A stretch of 64,000 nucleotides of DNA from an uncultured Mycoplasmatota bacterium (lineage in GTDB: Bacteria > Bacillota_I > Bacilli_A > RF39 > UBA660): assembly GCA_900554315.1 (NCBI GenBank), contig USGP01000001.1, positions 36,902 through 100,901 on the forward strand, given 5' to 3'. The notes beneath the pieces were generated by a model that saw only the letters and a program-made list of their open reading frames with translations, was not told where the DNA came from and did no database searches. The translations under genes were made by a program, and so were the position numbers. This document shows, piece after piece, positions 54,155 to 62,389 of the stretch. Each line of letters opens with the position of its first letter. Positions within the stretch are counted from its first letter, which is position 1.

Positions 54155-57100
54155 ATGAGAGAAGAAAGAATGACTTATATTGAAAACTATATTAATGACT
54201 TGAGTAATCAATTAGAAAAAATGGGTATAGTGGTTCCTACAGACCAATTAAATAGGCTAATAAATAGATATAAATATAGTACGAGTCCTATAAATGAAAT
54301 AATAGAGGAAATTAATCAGGTAGCAGAAGAATATGTATCCCGTATTCGTCAAATACAACAGGCAAGAGAAAAATTAAAAGATTCCCAAAATAGAAAAGAA
54401 CTATCAACTTTACCAGTTCAATATCAAGGAATTACCCTAAATCAACAAGACATTGAATTAATGAAAATTGTAGATGCGAAATCCTTGGAACAACTTCGTC
54501 AAGTAGTAAAACAAATTCCAATATTAAAAGGAAAAGACATAGATTTCTCTCAAGACCTAGAATCTGCAATCGAAAGTGCGTTTCATACTTACCAAGATAG
54601 TCTTATTTCGATAGAAGATACATTAGAAGATCCTATGTTAGTATTAAGAAAGAAATTAGAACTTTTCCTTTCTTCAGAGGATGTATCACCAGAAATAAAA
54701 GAAAAAGTAAGACCAATAGTAGATACATCAGAATCAAGAGAAGAGGTCGCAAAAAAACTAGAACAAGTATTAACAGAAGAAGAACAACATGAAGCCTATG
54801 GAATCATCAATAACTTGACAGTAGTAGAAAAAGAAGGAATAAAGCAAACAAAAATAGAAGCAGTTAGGAATTTATTAGAACAAGTAAGAAGTAGAAATTC
54901 CATTACATTAGATGAAGTAGGAAAATATGGTAATATCGTTCTACCAGATGGCAGTTTTAATTTTACCAAGTTACAAGAATGTCTTGATTTTGCTAAACAA
55001 GAAGGAAAAAAAGTAAGAATTAATACGTTGATATTTTATATGGATTGTCCTAAAGAATTATATGACTTAGAAAAAACAGAAGAAAATAAAGAACTAGTAA
55101 AACAAAAATTAATGGATTATGTAGATGCTACTACGAAATTTATAAGAGATAACGGATATAGTGAGACTGTTAGAAGTATCGATGTCATGAATGAAGTACT
55201 AAATAGATTTCCTATGACCGGAAACCAACCATATCAATATCGAGGAGATATTACTTCAAGCTCTTTGGATGACAATATAATGGCAGGTTGGCTAAAACAT
55301 TTAACAATAGAAGATTTATGCGATGTATTAACAGTAGCGAGAAAAAATCTACCAAGTACAGATTTCATGTATAATGAGGATAACTTAGTAGACCCTAATA
55401 AACTACCACTAACTTTTGAAATGCTAAATAGAATTCAACAATATGAAAAAACTCACAATATAAGATTGATAGATAGTATAGGAACACAAATGCATATCAA
55501 CAGCAATGTAAAAAATCAAGACGTAAAAAATATGTTTCATCAATTACAAAAGTTACGATTACCAATTGAAATTACAGAATTTGATTTAAAAATGGTAGAT
55601 GGAAAGTCTGGAGATTTACAAACCGAAATTGCAAGACAACTAAAAATAAATGACCTATACAGTATCTTTCAAGAAGAACCCAATCTAAGAGGCTTTACCA
55701 TCTGGAGTAAAACAGATAGCCAAAGTTTTTTAGTAGCATTAGAAAATAGAGAAAGAAAAAAACATAAACAACCATTCATAAAAAGTCAAAATGCCGGGTA
55801 TTTTACCGAGAAAATGACAGAAAAAAGTGAAGCTTTAGGTAGAGAGTTAACACCACAAAAATATAACTATCATACACATACCAATCGTTGTGGACACGCT
55901 AGTATCGCAACAGATAAAGAATATGTAGCTCTAGCCAAAGAAAGTGGTATCCAAACATTAGGGTTTTCCGACCATATTCCAAATCCTAGTATAGAATTTC
56001 CACAAGATAAAAATAGAATGACTCCTGAAAGTTTTGGAGAATATCTGTTTTCAATCAGAAGTCTTGCTAAAGAAAATCCAGATATGACCATTCTCTGTGG
56101 ATTAGAAGCCGAATATGATTCAAGAAAAATTACGTATTTAAATGAATTAAAAAATAAATTAGATTATCTAATTTTAGGACAACATTTTGTAATAGAAAAT
56201 GCTAAAAAGGTAAAAAAAGATTCTCCAGATTATCCGTTAAAATACGCAAAAAGTGTCTGTGAAGCAATGGATACAGGATTATTTGACATTGTAGCTCATC
56301 CTGATATTTTTATGGAAACTAGAGATTTAATTTCTGAACAAGAACGACCTCTGTTTGATAAAAATGCTCAAATAGCTAGTAAAATGATATGTGAAAAATC
56401 CAAAGACTTAGGAATACCCCTAGAAATCAACTTAAAAAATTTAGAAGGAAATAAAACTTCTATTCCATATCCTAATCCTATGTTTTGGAGTGAAGCCGCT
56501 AAAGTACAAGCTCCTGTCTTATATGGAGCAGACGCTCACACTCCAGCAAGCTTATTGAATATGACAGAAAACAGAAATAAGGTATCTTCTATCATACCAA
56601 CATCCAAACTAAACTTTGTAAAGAGTGACTATAACCCTGTAAAAGATAGGCCAAAAGAGTTAATAGAAAGACGAAAGAATGTAGAAAAGGAAAGCAAAAC
56701 ATATGAAACCCAGCTAGTTACTTACTTAATTTCATCAGCAACAGAAGAAAATAAAAAAGAATCAATAGAGTCACAAATCCACAGTGTGCTTCAAAAAGGT
56801 GCTCAAAAGACAGTGGAGGATGGTCAAAAGAAGCTAGCAAAAAGAAAAGAACAAATTATGCAGATTGGTAATAATCCTAACTTATCAAATAGAGAAAAAG
56901 CATTTTTACTAACAAGAACAAAAAATACAATCAAATCCATTAGAGAGACCATGAAGAAAAGAGAAAATGTATTATCCTCTGCTATGGAAGATGTAAGAAC
57001 AGCAACCACATTAGGATGTACAACAAAAAAAGAATACATAAAAACAGTAGGAGAGTTGACAGAACAACGAACAAATAAGAAAAAAGGAAATACAGAAGAA

Positions 57101-57277
57101 CTAGCTTCTATGTTTCATCAGCCTAAGCAACAAGAAGCACCAAAAGCAATAGAAAAACCAAAGACATATTCTAAAAGAGAAAATAAAAATACTACAGGAA
57201 TGATTACTCCAGCAGGAATATTATTGTTAACTGGCTTTCTTCTATTGACAATGGCTATTCTTATGAATTTAGTATAA
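54155..57277 (+). CDS. multidomain protein: helical N-terminal region + GH10-like (beta/alpha)8 domain + PHP (HisJ-type) phosphoesterase domain + coiled-coil + C-terminal TM anchor
   Basis: GH10-like order FAKQEGKKVRINTL, IDVMNEVLN, DSIGTQMHI, PIEITEFDL, FTIWSKTDSQSF. PHP motifs YHTHTNRCGHAS, GFSDHIP, GLEAEY, VAHPD, GADAHTP. Terminal ITPAGILLLTGFLLLTMAILMNLV. ATG 54122 overlaps a TGATATAAT box, so 54155 is preferred. Confidence 0.65.
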   Translation: MREERMTYIENYINDLSNQLEKMGIVVPTDQLNRLINRYKYSTSPINEIIEEINQVAEEYVSRIRQIQQAREKLKDSQNRKELSTLPVQYQGITLNQQDIELMKIVDAKSLEQLRQVVKQIPILKGKDIDFSQDLESAIESAFHTYQDSLISIEDTLEDPMLVLRKKLELFLSSEDVSPEIKEKVRPIVDTSESREEVAKKLEQVLTEEEQHEAYGIINNLTVVEKEGIKQTKIEAVRNLLEQVRSRNSITLDEVGKYGNIVLPDGSFNFTKLQECLDFAKQEGKKVRINTLIFYMDCPKELYDLEKTEENKELVKQKLMDYVDATTKFIRDNGYSETVRSIDVMNEVLNRFPMTGNQPYQYRGDITSSSLDDNIMAGWLKHLTIEDLCDVLTVARKNLPSTDFMYNEDNLVDPNKLPLTFEMLNRIQQYEKTHNIRLIDSIGTQMHINSNVKNQDVKNMFHQLQKLRLPIEITEFDLKMVDGKSGDLQTEIARQLKINDLYSIFQEEPNLRGFTIWSKTDSQSFLVALENRERKKHKQPFIKSQNAGYFTEKMTEKSEALGRELTPQKYNYHTHTNRCGHASIATDKEYVALAKESGIQTLGFSDHIPNPSIEFPQDKNRMTPESFGEYLFSIRSLAKENPDMTILCGLEAEYDSRKITYLNELKNKLDYLILGQHFVIENAKKVKKDSPDYPLKYAKSVCEAMDTGLFDIVAHPDIFMETRDLISEQERPLFDKNAQIASKMICEKSKDLGIPLEINLKNLEGNKTSIPYPNPMFWSEAAKVQAPVLYGADAHTPASLLNMTENRNKVSSIIPTSKLNFVKSDYNPVKDRPKELIERRKNVEKESKTYETQLVTYLISSATEENKKESIESQIHSVLQKGAQKTVEDGQKKLAKRKEQIMQIGNNPNLSNREKAFLLTRTKNTIKSIRETMKKRENVLSSAMEDVRTATTLGCTTKKEYIKTVGELTEQRTNKKKGNTEELASMFHQPKQQEAPKAIEKPKTYSKRENKNTTGMITPAGILLLTGFLLLTMAILMNLV

Positions 57278-57344
57278 TAAAGAAAAAAATGTAAAAACTA
57301 TAAACAAAATATACGTAAAGAAATGTAAACTGTAAAAATACCTC

Positions 57345-57373
57345 TTGTCAATAAAAAAAAAACACGATAAAAT
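57345..57373 (+). promoter_or_regulatory. sigma-A-type promoter candidate (TTGTCA-17-TAAAAT)
   Basis: TTGTCA at 57345-57350, a 17-nt spacer, TAAAAT at 57368-57373. About 70 nt upstream of the first gene of the SipW locus. Confidence 0.5.
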
Positions 57374-57441
57374 AAATTTGACATAGTAGGAAAGGGAGCA
57401 TTGTGATGTACTAGTAAATAAGAAAACAAGTGGTGATTGAA

Positions 57442-58140
57442 ATGGCAATAAATACAGTAAATGTAGAAGCGGAAAAGGTATATAAGAAGAAACTTCGATC
57501 CCGTATAATTAAAATAGCCTTTCTACTATTGATCATTATTATATCCATCGTTTATTTGTTTCTCTATATTGTCTACGATGGAGGAAGATTTACTGTTAGC
57601 TTAGATAGAAATATGTCGAATAGAAAGAATGTATTTTTATCAGAGGATGGTAAATTAAAATCCAAAACTAGACAATTATCAGCAGATACAATTGACTATA
57701 TGGATAACATTTCTATTAAATGGCTTCCTGCTGATATTGATACAGAAGCAACAGGAGCTCATAATGGAGATAACTACATTGCTTATACATTCTACGTTGT
57801 GAATGCAGGAAAAGAAAAAGTCCACTATTGGTATGAAGTGGACGTAGATGACACAATAAAAAATGTAGATGAGGCAATTAGAATAATGATTTATAGAAAT
57901 GGCAAACCTACAGTCTACGCCAAGAAAAATAAGGTGACGAAGAAAAAAGAACCTGGTACTAAAAAATTTGTTTCTAAAGATATAGCAGTGTTAGAACAAA
58001 GAAAAAATATGAAACCAGGAACCAAGGATCGATTTACAGTAGTAATCTGGATTGAAGGCGACGATCCAGAATGTAAAAATGATTTACTTGGAGGAGAAAT
58101 TAAAATGCATATGGATATTACAGAAGAACATATTGCATAA
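57442..58140 (+). CDS. signal-anchored protein with TasA/camelysin-like C-terminal motif (possible fibre accessory/anchor protein)
   Basis: ATG 57442 follows GGTGAT. Basic N-terminus plus a TM (IIKIAFLLLIIIISIVYLFLYIV), then GGRFTVSLD. The C-terminal VVIWIEGDDPECKNDLLGGEIKMHMDI is paralogous to the end of the next protein. Confidence 0.55.
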   Translation: MAINTVNVEAEKVYKKKLRSRIIKIAFLLLIIIISIVYLFLYIVYDGGRFTVSLDRNMSNRKNVFLSEDGKLKSKTRQLSADTIDYMDNISIKWLPADIDTEATGAHNGDNYIAYTFYVVNAGKEKVHYWYEVDVDDTIKNVDEAIRIMIYRNGKPTVYAKKNKVTKKKEPGTKKFVSKDIAVLEQRKNMKPGTKDRFTVVIWIEGDDPECKNDLLGGEIKMHMDITEEHIA

Positions 58141-58160
58141 AAAGAATAAGGAGTGAAAAA

Positions 58161-59201
58161 ATGAAAAGTCAAGAACAAAACAAAAAGAAAAAAAGAAAAG
58201 TATTATTATCATTACTTATGATTCTATTTGTAGGAGTAATCTTAACTGCATCAACTTATACATGGTTCACTGCTAACAAAACTGTAACAGTTGATTCATT
58301 AGATGTTAATGTATCTACTTCTACAGGTCTACAAATCTCAACAGATGCAATTAACTGGAAAACAATCGTTACAAGAGATGATATTGTAAATGCCAAAACT
58401 ACTGGATATGGTGCAGCTGTTAACCAAGTACCATCAGGACAAACTAACCCTGTTTCAACTGCTGGAGAAGTTGATGGTGGAACTGGTTATATCAACATGT
58501 ATCGTGGATTATTATCAGATGAGGGTGGTTTAGGAAGCTTAAAATTAACTGCTGCTAAATCAACAGAAGAAAATGGTACTGAAGGTGACTTTATTGCATT
58601 TGATTTATTCTTCAATACTAATGAAGCACAAGATATTTATTTAACTTCAGGTTCTAACGTTATCGGTGGAAAATCTGATGGTGGTGGAACTGATACATCA
58701 ATTCAAAATGCTGCACGTGTTGCTTTCTTACCACAGGGTAATAACCCAGCAGCAAGTAACTCAAGTGCTAGTCAAGCTTTAAAAGCAACAGATGCAACTG
58801 GATTGAAGATTTGGGAGCCAAATGCTGATGCACATACTGCAAACGGTGTTAACAACGCTCAATCAAATTATGGAAAAGGTGGGTTACAAGAAGGAACTGG
58901 AAATGCTCCGGTCTCATATTACGGAGTAAAAGCTGCGATTGCAAGTGGACAAGCACAAGATATTAATTCAACTGATGGTACTTATTTTGCTGAAGTCAAT
59001 GCAAGCCAAGGTTTATTCACGACTAACCAATCTGGTATTCCTACGTCAGCTTATCAGCAAATTTTACACTTAGACAAAGGTGTAACAAAAGTAAGAATTT
59101 ATATGTGGGTTGAAGGACAAGATGTTGACTGTGAAGATTATGCTTCAGGTGGAGATTTAACTTTCAACTTACAATTTAGTTCATTATCAGCTCAAGCATA
59201 A
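58161..59201 (+). CDS. secreted TasA/camelysin-like putative fibre subunit with SipW-type signal peptide
   Basis: 346 aa. KKKKRK plus a hydrophobic span, then TYTWFTANKTVTVDSLDVNV (compare TasA GGGTWAAFNDIK...GTLDLS, recalled from memory). Gly/Ala/Thr/Ser/Asn-rich. Ends IYMWVEGQDVDCEDYASGGDLTFNLQFSSLSAQA. Visibly higher GC than its neighbours. Confidence 0.6.
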   Translation: MKSQEQNKKKKRKVLLSLLMILFVGVILTASTYTWFTANKTVTVDSLDVNVSTSTGLQISTDAINWKTIVTRDDIVNAKTTGYGAAVNQVPSGQTNPVSTAGEVDGGTGYINMYRGLLSDEGGLGSLKLTAAKSTEENGTEGDFIAFDLFFNTNEAQDIYLTSGSNVIGGKSDGGGTDTSIQNAARVAFLPQGNNPAASNSSASQALKATDATGLKIWEPNADAHTANGVNNAQSNYGKGGLQEGTGNAPVSYYGVKAAIASGQAQDINSTDGTYFAEVNASQGLFTTNQSGIPTSAYQQILHLDKGVTKVRIYMWVEGQDVDCEDYASGGDLTFNLQFSSLSAQA

Positions 59202-59233
59202 AAATGATCAGTAAGTTGGTCATGTAAATAAAG

Positions 59234-59258
59234 AAAGGCCTTCAATGAAGGCCTTTTT
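59234..59258 (+). terminator. strong intrinsic terminator
   Basis: GC-rich stem AAAGGCCTTC-AAT-GAAGGCCTTT followed by a T-run. Confidence 0.85.
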
Positions 59259-59275
59259 GTATAATAGGAGGGTTT

Positions 59276-59377
59276 ATGGAACAAGTAGAAGAATTATTAA
59301 AATTATATCAAAAAATAGAAAAGCATATTCGTTATTTAGAGGATAATATGATAAGTGAGGAACAAGAAAATGAATAA
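59276..59377 (+). CDS. 33-codon micro-ORF (MEQVEELLKLYQKIEKHIRYLEDNMISEEQENE)
   Basis: Not in the ORF track (<60 aa). AGGAGGG lies 4 nt upstream of ATG 59276. Its stop overlaps the ATG 59370 of the next gene by 8 nt. Confidence 0.45.
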   Translation: MEQVEELLKLYQKIEKHIRYLEDNMISEEQENE

Positions 59378-61025
59378 AGATCAACAAGAAAAAATATTAC
59401 AAGAAATTGAAGTAAATGAAAATCATATAGCCAATTATCCTTTAGAAACTGAAACTGGTACTAAAAAAATGAAAGAAAAATTTCATGAAAAAGCTGTTTC
59501 AGAGAGAAATGCTTATATAACAAAAGAACTAAGTAAGTTTAAAGAATATCAAAGAACAGTATATATAGAGCTAGATAAGTATGTAAAATCAATCTTTCCA
59601 CAAGATAAAGAAGAAGTCTATCAAACTTCAGATGAAAATTTAAATAAATTAGTTAAAGTTTTGCCATTTGCTGATGACAAAGTATCATTAGAAATTAAAT
59701 TAGGATTTGCACATATTTTTTATCAATTATCAGAAGACACAGAATCATCTCTTAATACCATAAATGAAGGTATTGAAGATTTTATAAAAATCATGAAAGA
59801 TGCTAAGATTGAATTGACAGAGGTGGATTTTAATTATAGTCCATTTGTAAATGACTATATGAAGAAATTTTTAGAAAATATTAATGATCAAAATTTTGAA
59901 GATATTATGCAAGAAACGTTTAAAAGCATTTACTGGGAATGTCCAGAATTAATTATGCACATCAAACGTAATTTATTGATGCTTGTAAAAAAATATCATC
60001 AAAAATTAAAAGAATATTGTGAGCAAATGGTAGCTAAAAAACTAGAAGAACAAGGAGTTACAAAAGAAAATGCAGTAACAACTTATCAACAAAAAGCAAT
60101 AGAATTAGAAAACGAAGAAGATAAAGATGAATTTAGAAATCTTCAAAAATTCTTAGGAAAAAGTAGAAACATAGATGATTATACAGAAGGGGCTCCACTT
60201 AGAAGTAAAAGTTTTAATCAGCTAGTAATCAAAGAAACTTATGGTGAATTGAAAGAAGAAGAAAAGAAAGATTTTGATGAAGAAAGCATTGCCCTACATA
60301 GACATTTAGTAGTCTTAAAAGAGTATTATAATTATGAAAGTATTATTAAAGACTTAGTAAGTCGTTATAAGAAAAAAGATGAATCTAAGACAAAATATGA
60401 AGCTAAACAAAAAGAGATAGAAGCAGCAGAAAAGATAAGAGAAAAATTATATAAAGATTACGAAAGAGCTTGTGGAATTGGTTTCTTGGCAAGAAAAAAT
60501 GACACTAAGATTGCTGAAATCAAAGTGAAAATGAAAGAAGAAATTAATAAATTATCTAATTTATACCAAGAGTTAGAAGAGTTAGAAATAGACGTAAATA
60601 TTGGAAAATATTTAACAGATGGAAGTACTGTATTTGATGTATTAGTAACAAGCTTAAGTTCTTATAACTATATTGAAAAAACATTAGTAGAAAAGTTCCA
60701 AGATGTTGATGTGGATTTTAATTTAGCAAACTATGTAGAAAGATATGTTAGATTTATTTATAATCCTAATGCCGATTTTCTACATAAAATAACAGCCCTA
60801 CTAGATTATGATATTGCTGAAGTGATTTCAGAAAAATATGCTTTATTAGGAATAAACATAGCCAAAGAAGAAATAAGCCAAGACAGTATCGATAGTGCAA
60901 TATCTTCTGTCGGAATCGTTGCTTTAATTAACAACATTAAAAGATCAAATATGACATTAGAAGAAATGAAACTTATATGTGATATTGATAAAATAGATTA
61001 TCATCTAGAAGAAGAAGTATTATAA
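59370..61025 (+). CDS. hypothetical cytoplasmic Lys/Glu-rich protein (coiled-coil segments)
   Basis: The track ORF starts at GTG 59355. ATG 59370 is preceded by AGGA. 551 aa, with no signal peptide or TM. No family recognised. Confidence 0.6.
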   Translation: MNKDQQEKILQEIEVNENHIANYPLETETGTKKMKEKFHEKAVSERNAYITKELSKFKEYQRTVYIELDKYVKSIFPQDKEEVYQTSDENLNKLVKVLPFADDKVSLEIKLGFAHIFYQLSEDTESSLNTINEGIEDFIKIMKDAKIELTEVDFNYSPFVNDYMKKFLENINDQNFEDIMQETFKSIYWECPELIMHIKRNLLMLVKKYHQKLKEYCEQMVAKKLEEQGVTKENAVTTYQQKAIELENEEDKDEFRNLQKFLGKSRNIDDYTEGAPLRSKSFNQLVIKETYGELKEEEKKDFDEESIALHRHLVVLKEYYNYESIIKDLVSRYKKKDESKTKYEAKQKEIEAAEKIREKLYKDYERACGIGFLARKNDTKIAEIKVKMKEEINKLSNLYQELEELEIDVNIGKYLTDGSTVFDVLVTSLSSYNYIEKTLVEKFQDVDVDFNLANYVERYVRFIYNPNADFLHKITALLDYDIAEVISEKYALLGINIAKEEISQDSIDSAISSVGIVALINNIKRSNMTLEEMKLICDIDKIDYHLEEEVL

Positions 61026-61116
61026 AACTATTTATGAAATTTTTTCAAAGAATAGTTTTTTTTTCTGTAATATGATATAATAAATTGTAAAAGAATAAAG
61101 ATGGCGTGGTGAAAAG

Positions 61117-62373
61117 ATGAGTACAGCAAAAAAAATAGTAAAATCAATTGGATATTTATTCGTCGGTATGCTAGTAGCGTTATGTATTTATACATTTATC
61201 ATGACGGACGTATTAAAAAGAGATTATGCCAATGTATTTGGCTATACATACTTTGTAGTAGCCACTGGATCAATGTCTGGAACCATTGAAGTAAATGATG
61301 TAGTAATTGTAAAGATTGGAGAAGAAGCCAATATTAATGATATTATTACTTATCAGACAGACAATGGAGAATTTATTACTCATAGAGTAATTAAAAAGAT
61401 TGGCAATCAAATTATTACTCAAGGAGATGTAAATAATACAGAAGATGATCCAATTACTAAAGATCAAATTGTAGGTACTGTAAAAATGGTGATTTCTCCA
61501 AGCTTTGTATTAAAGTTAATTGCTGTTTTACTAATTGTGTTTATTTTATTAGCATTCTTAAACTTTGATAAAATCTTTAAACGCTTTATTTTTGCAGATG
61601 TGAAAGAACAAAAGAAAAAAACACAAGGAACTGTTCCAGAAGAACTATTCACAACAACACCAGCAAAGAAAGAAGAAAAATCAACTGGAAATACAGTAAA
61701 TATACCAATTAATGAAGTATTAAAGATTCAAAAAGATCAACAAGAAGCAGAGGATGAAGATGAAATTGAGGTATTAGAAGTAGAAGATATTATTGATATT
61801 GATGATAATAATATTGTTAGAAAAGAAAAAAATAGTGCCAAAGAAAAGCAAAGAGAACTTTTAGAACAGATTGTAAATCTATTACGAATTAAAAATGATA
61901 CTTTAACCATTACAAAAATGAACAAAAAATGGTTAACAAAATATCAATACGTTTATAAATTAGCTCAAATACTAACAGTAGGAGATACCAAAGAATTAGA
62001 AGAAACAATTATGCATCCAACATTTAAAGAAATATATGATTATGACTTAGACAAAGCAGGACTATATGAAAATTTAAGAAATAAAATTTATGAAATGCCA
62101 ATTTATGTAGTGCTTAGAATATTGACTTTCGCAATTATATATAATGATGATACATTCTTTGATGGAGTATATAAAATTCTAAAATACAAAGTACAAATAG
62201 ATCAAGAAAACCATTTCAAAACGATTAAGAAGAATGATGGTTATGCAAAAAAACAATTAAAATCATTAATTACATTTATGCAAAAGATTTCAATTAAATA
62301 TGACAATAAAAAAGTATTCGAATTAGACAGAATAGAGCGTTATGTAAAATTAAAAAATTATGTAAATCATTAA
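61117..62373 (+). CDS. sipW: SipW-like (ER/archaeal-type, S26B) signal peptidase I with ~270-aa C-terminal extension
   Basis: N-terminal TM. VVATGSMSGTIEVNDVVIV (catalytic Ser), FITHRVIKK (His), TQGDVNNTEDDP. A second TM (LIAVLLIVFILLAFL), then an acidic linker and an uncharacterised domain of about 190 aa. Confidence 0.8.
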   Translation: MSTAKKIVKSIGYLFVGMLVALCIYTFIMTDVLKRDYANVFGYTYFVVATGSMSGTIEVNDVVIVKIGEEANINDIITYQTDNGEFITHRVIKKIGNQIITQGDVNNTEDDPITKDQIVGTVKMVISPSFVLKLIAVLLIVFILLAFLNFDKIFKRFIFADVKEQKKKTQGTVPEELFTTTPAKKEEKSTGNTVNIPINEVLKIQKDQQEAEDEDEIEVLEVEDIIDIDDNNIVRKEKNSAKEKQRELLEQIVNLLRIKNDTLTITKMNKKWLTKYQYVYKLAQILTVGDTKELEETIMHPTFKEIYDYDLDKAGLYENLRNKIYEMPIYVVLRILTFAIIYNDDTFFDGVYKILKYKVQIDQENHFKTIKKNDGYAKKQLKSLITFMQKISIKYDNKKVFELDRIERYVKLKNYVNH

Positions 62374-62389
62374 AAAGGAGGGACTTGCG

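Noticed and set aside
57170-57277. C-terminal NKNTTG plus a hydrophobic segment as a possible sortase (LPxTG-like) sorting signal.
   Set aside because: There is no Pro in the motif and no positively charged tail after the hydrophobic segment. The protein also lacks an N-terminal signal peptide. It is interpreted as a tail anchor instead.
50511-57277. Genomic island integrated at tRNA-Leu.
   Set aside because: No integrase, recombinase or direct repeat of the tRNA 3' end was found by eye. It is kept only as a low-interest positional note.
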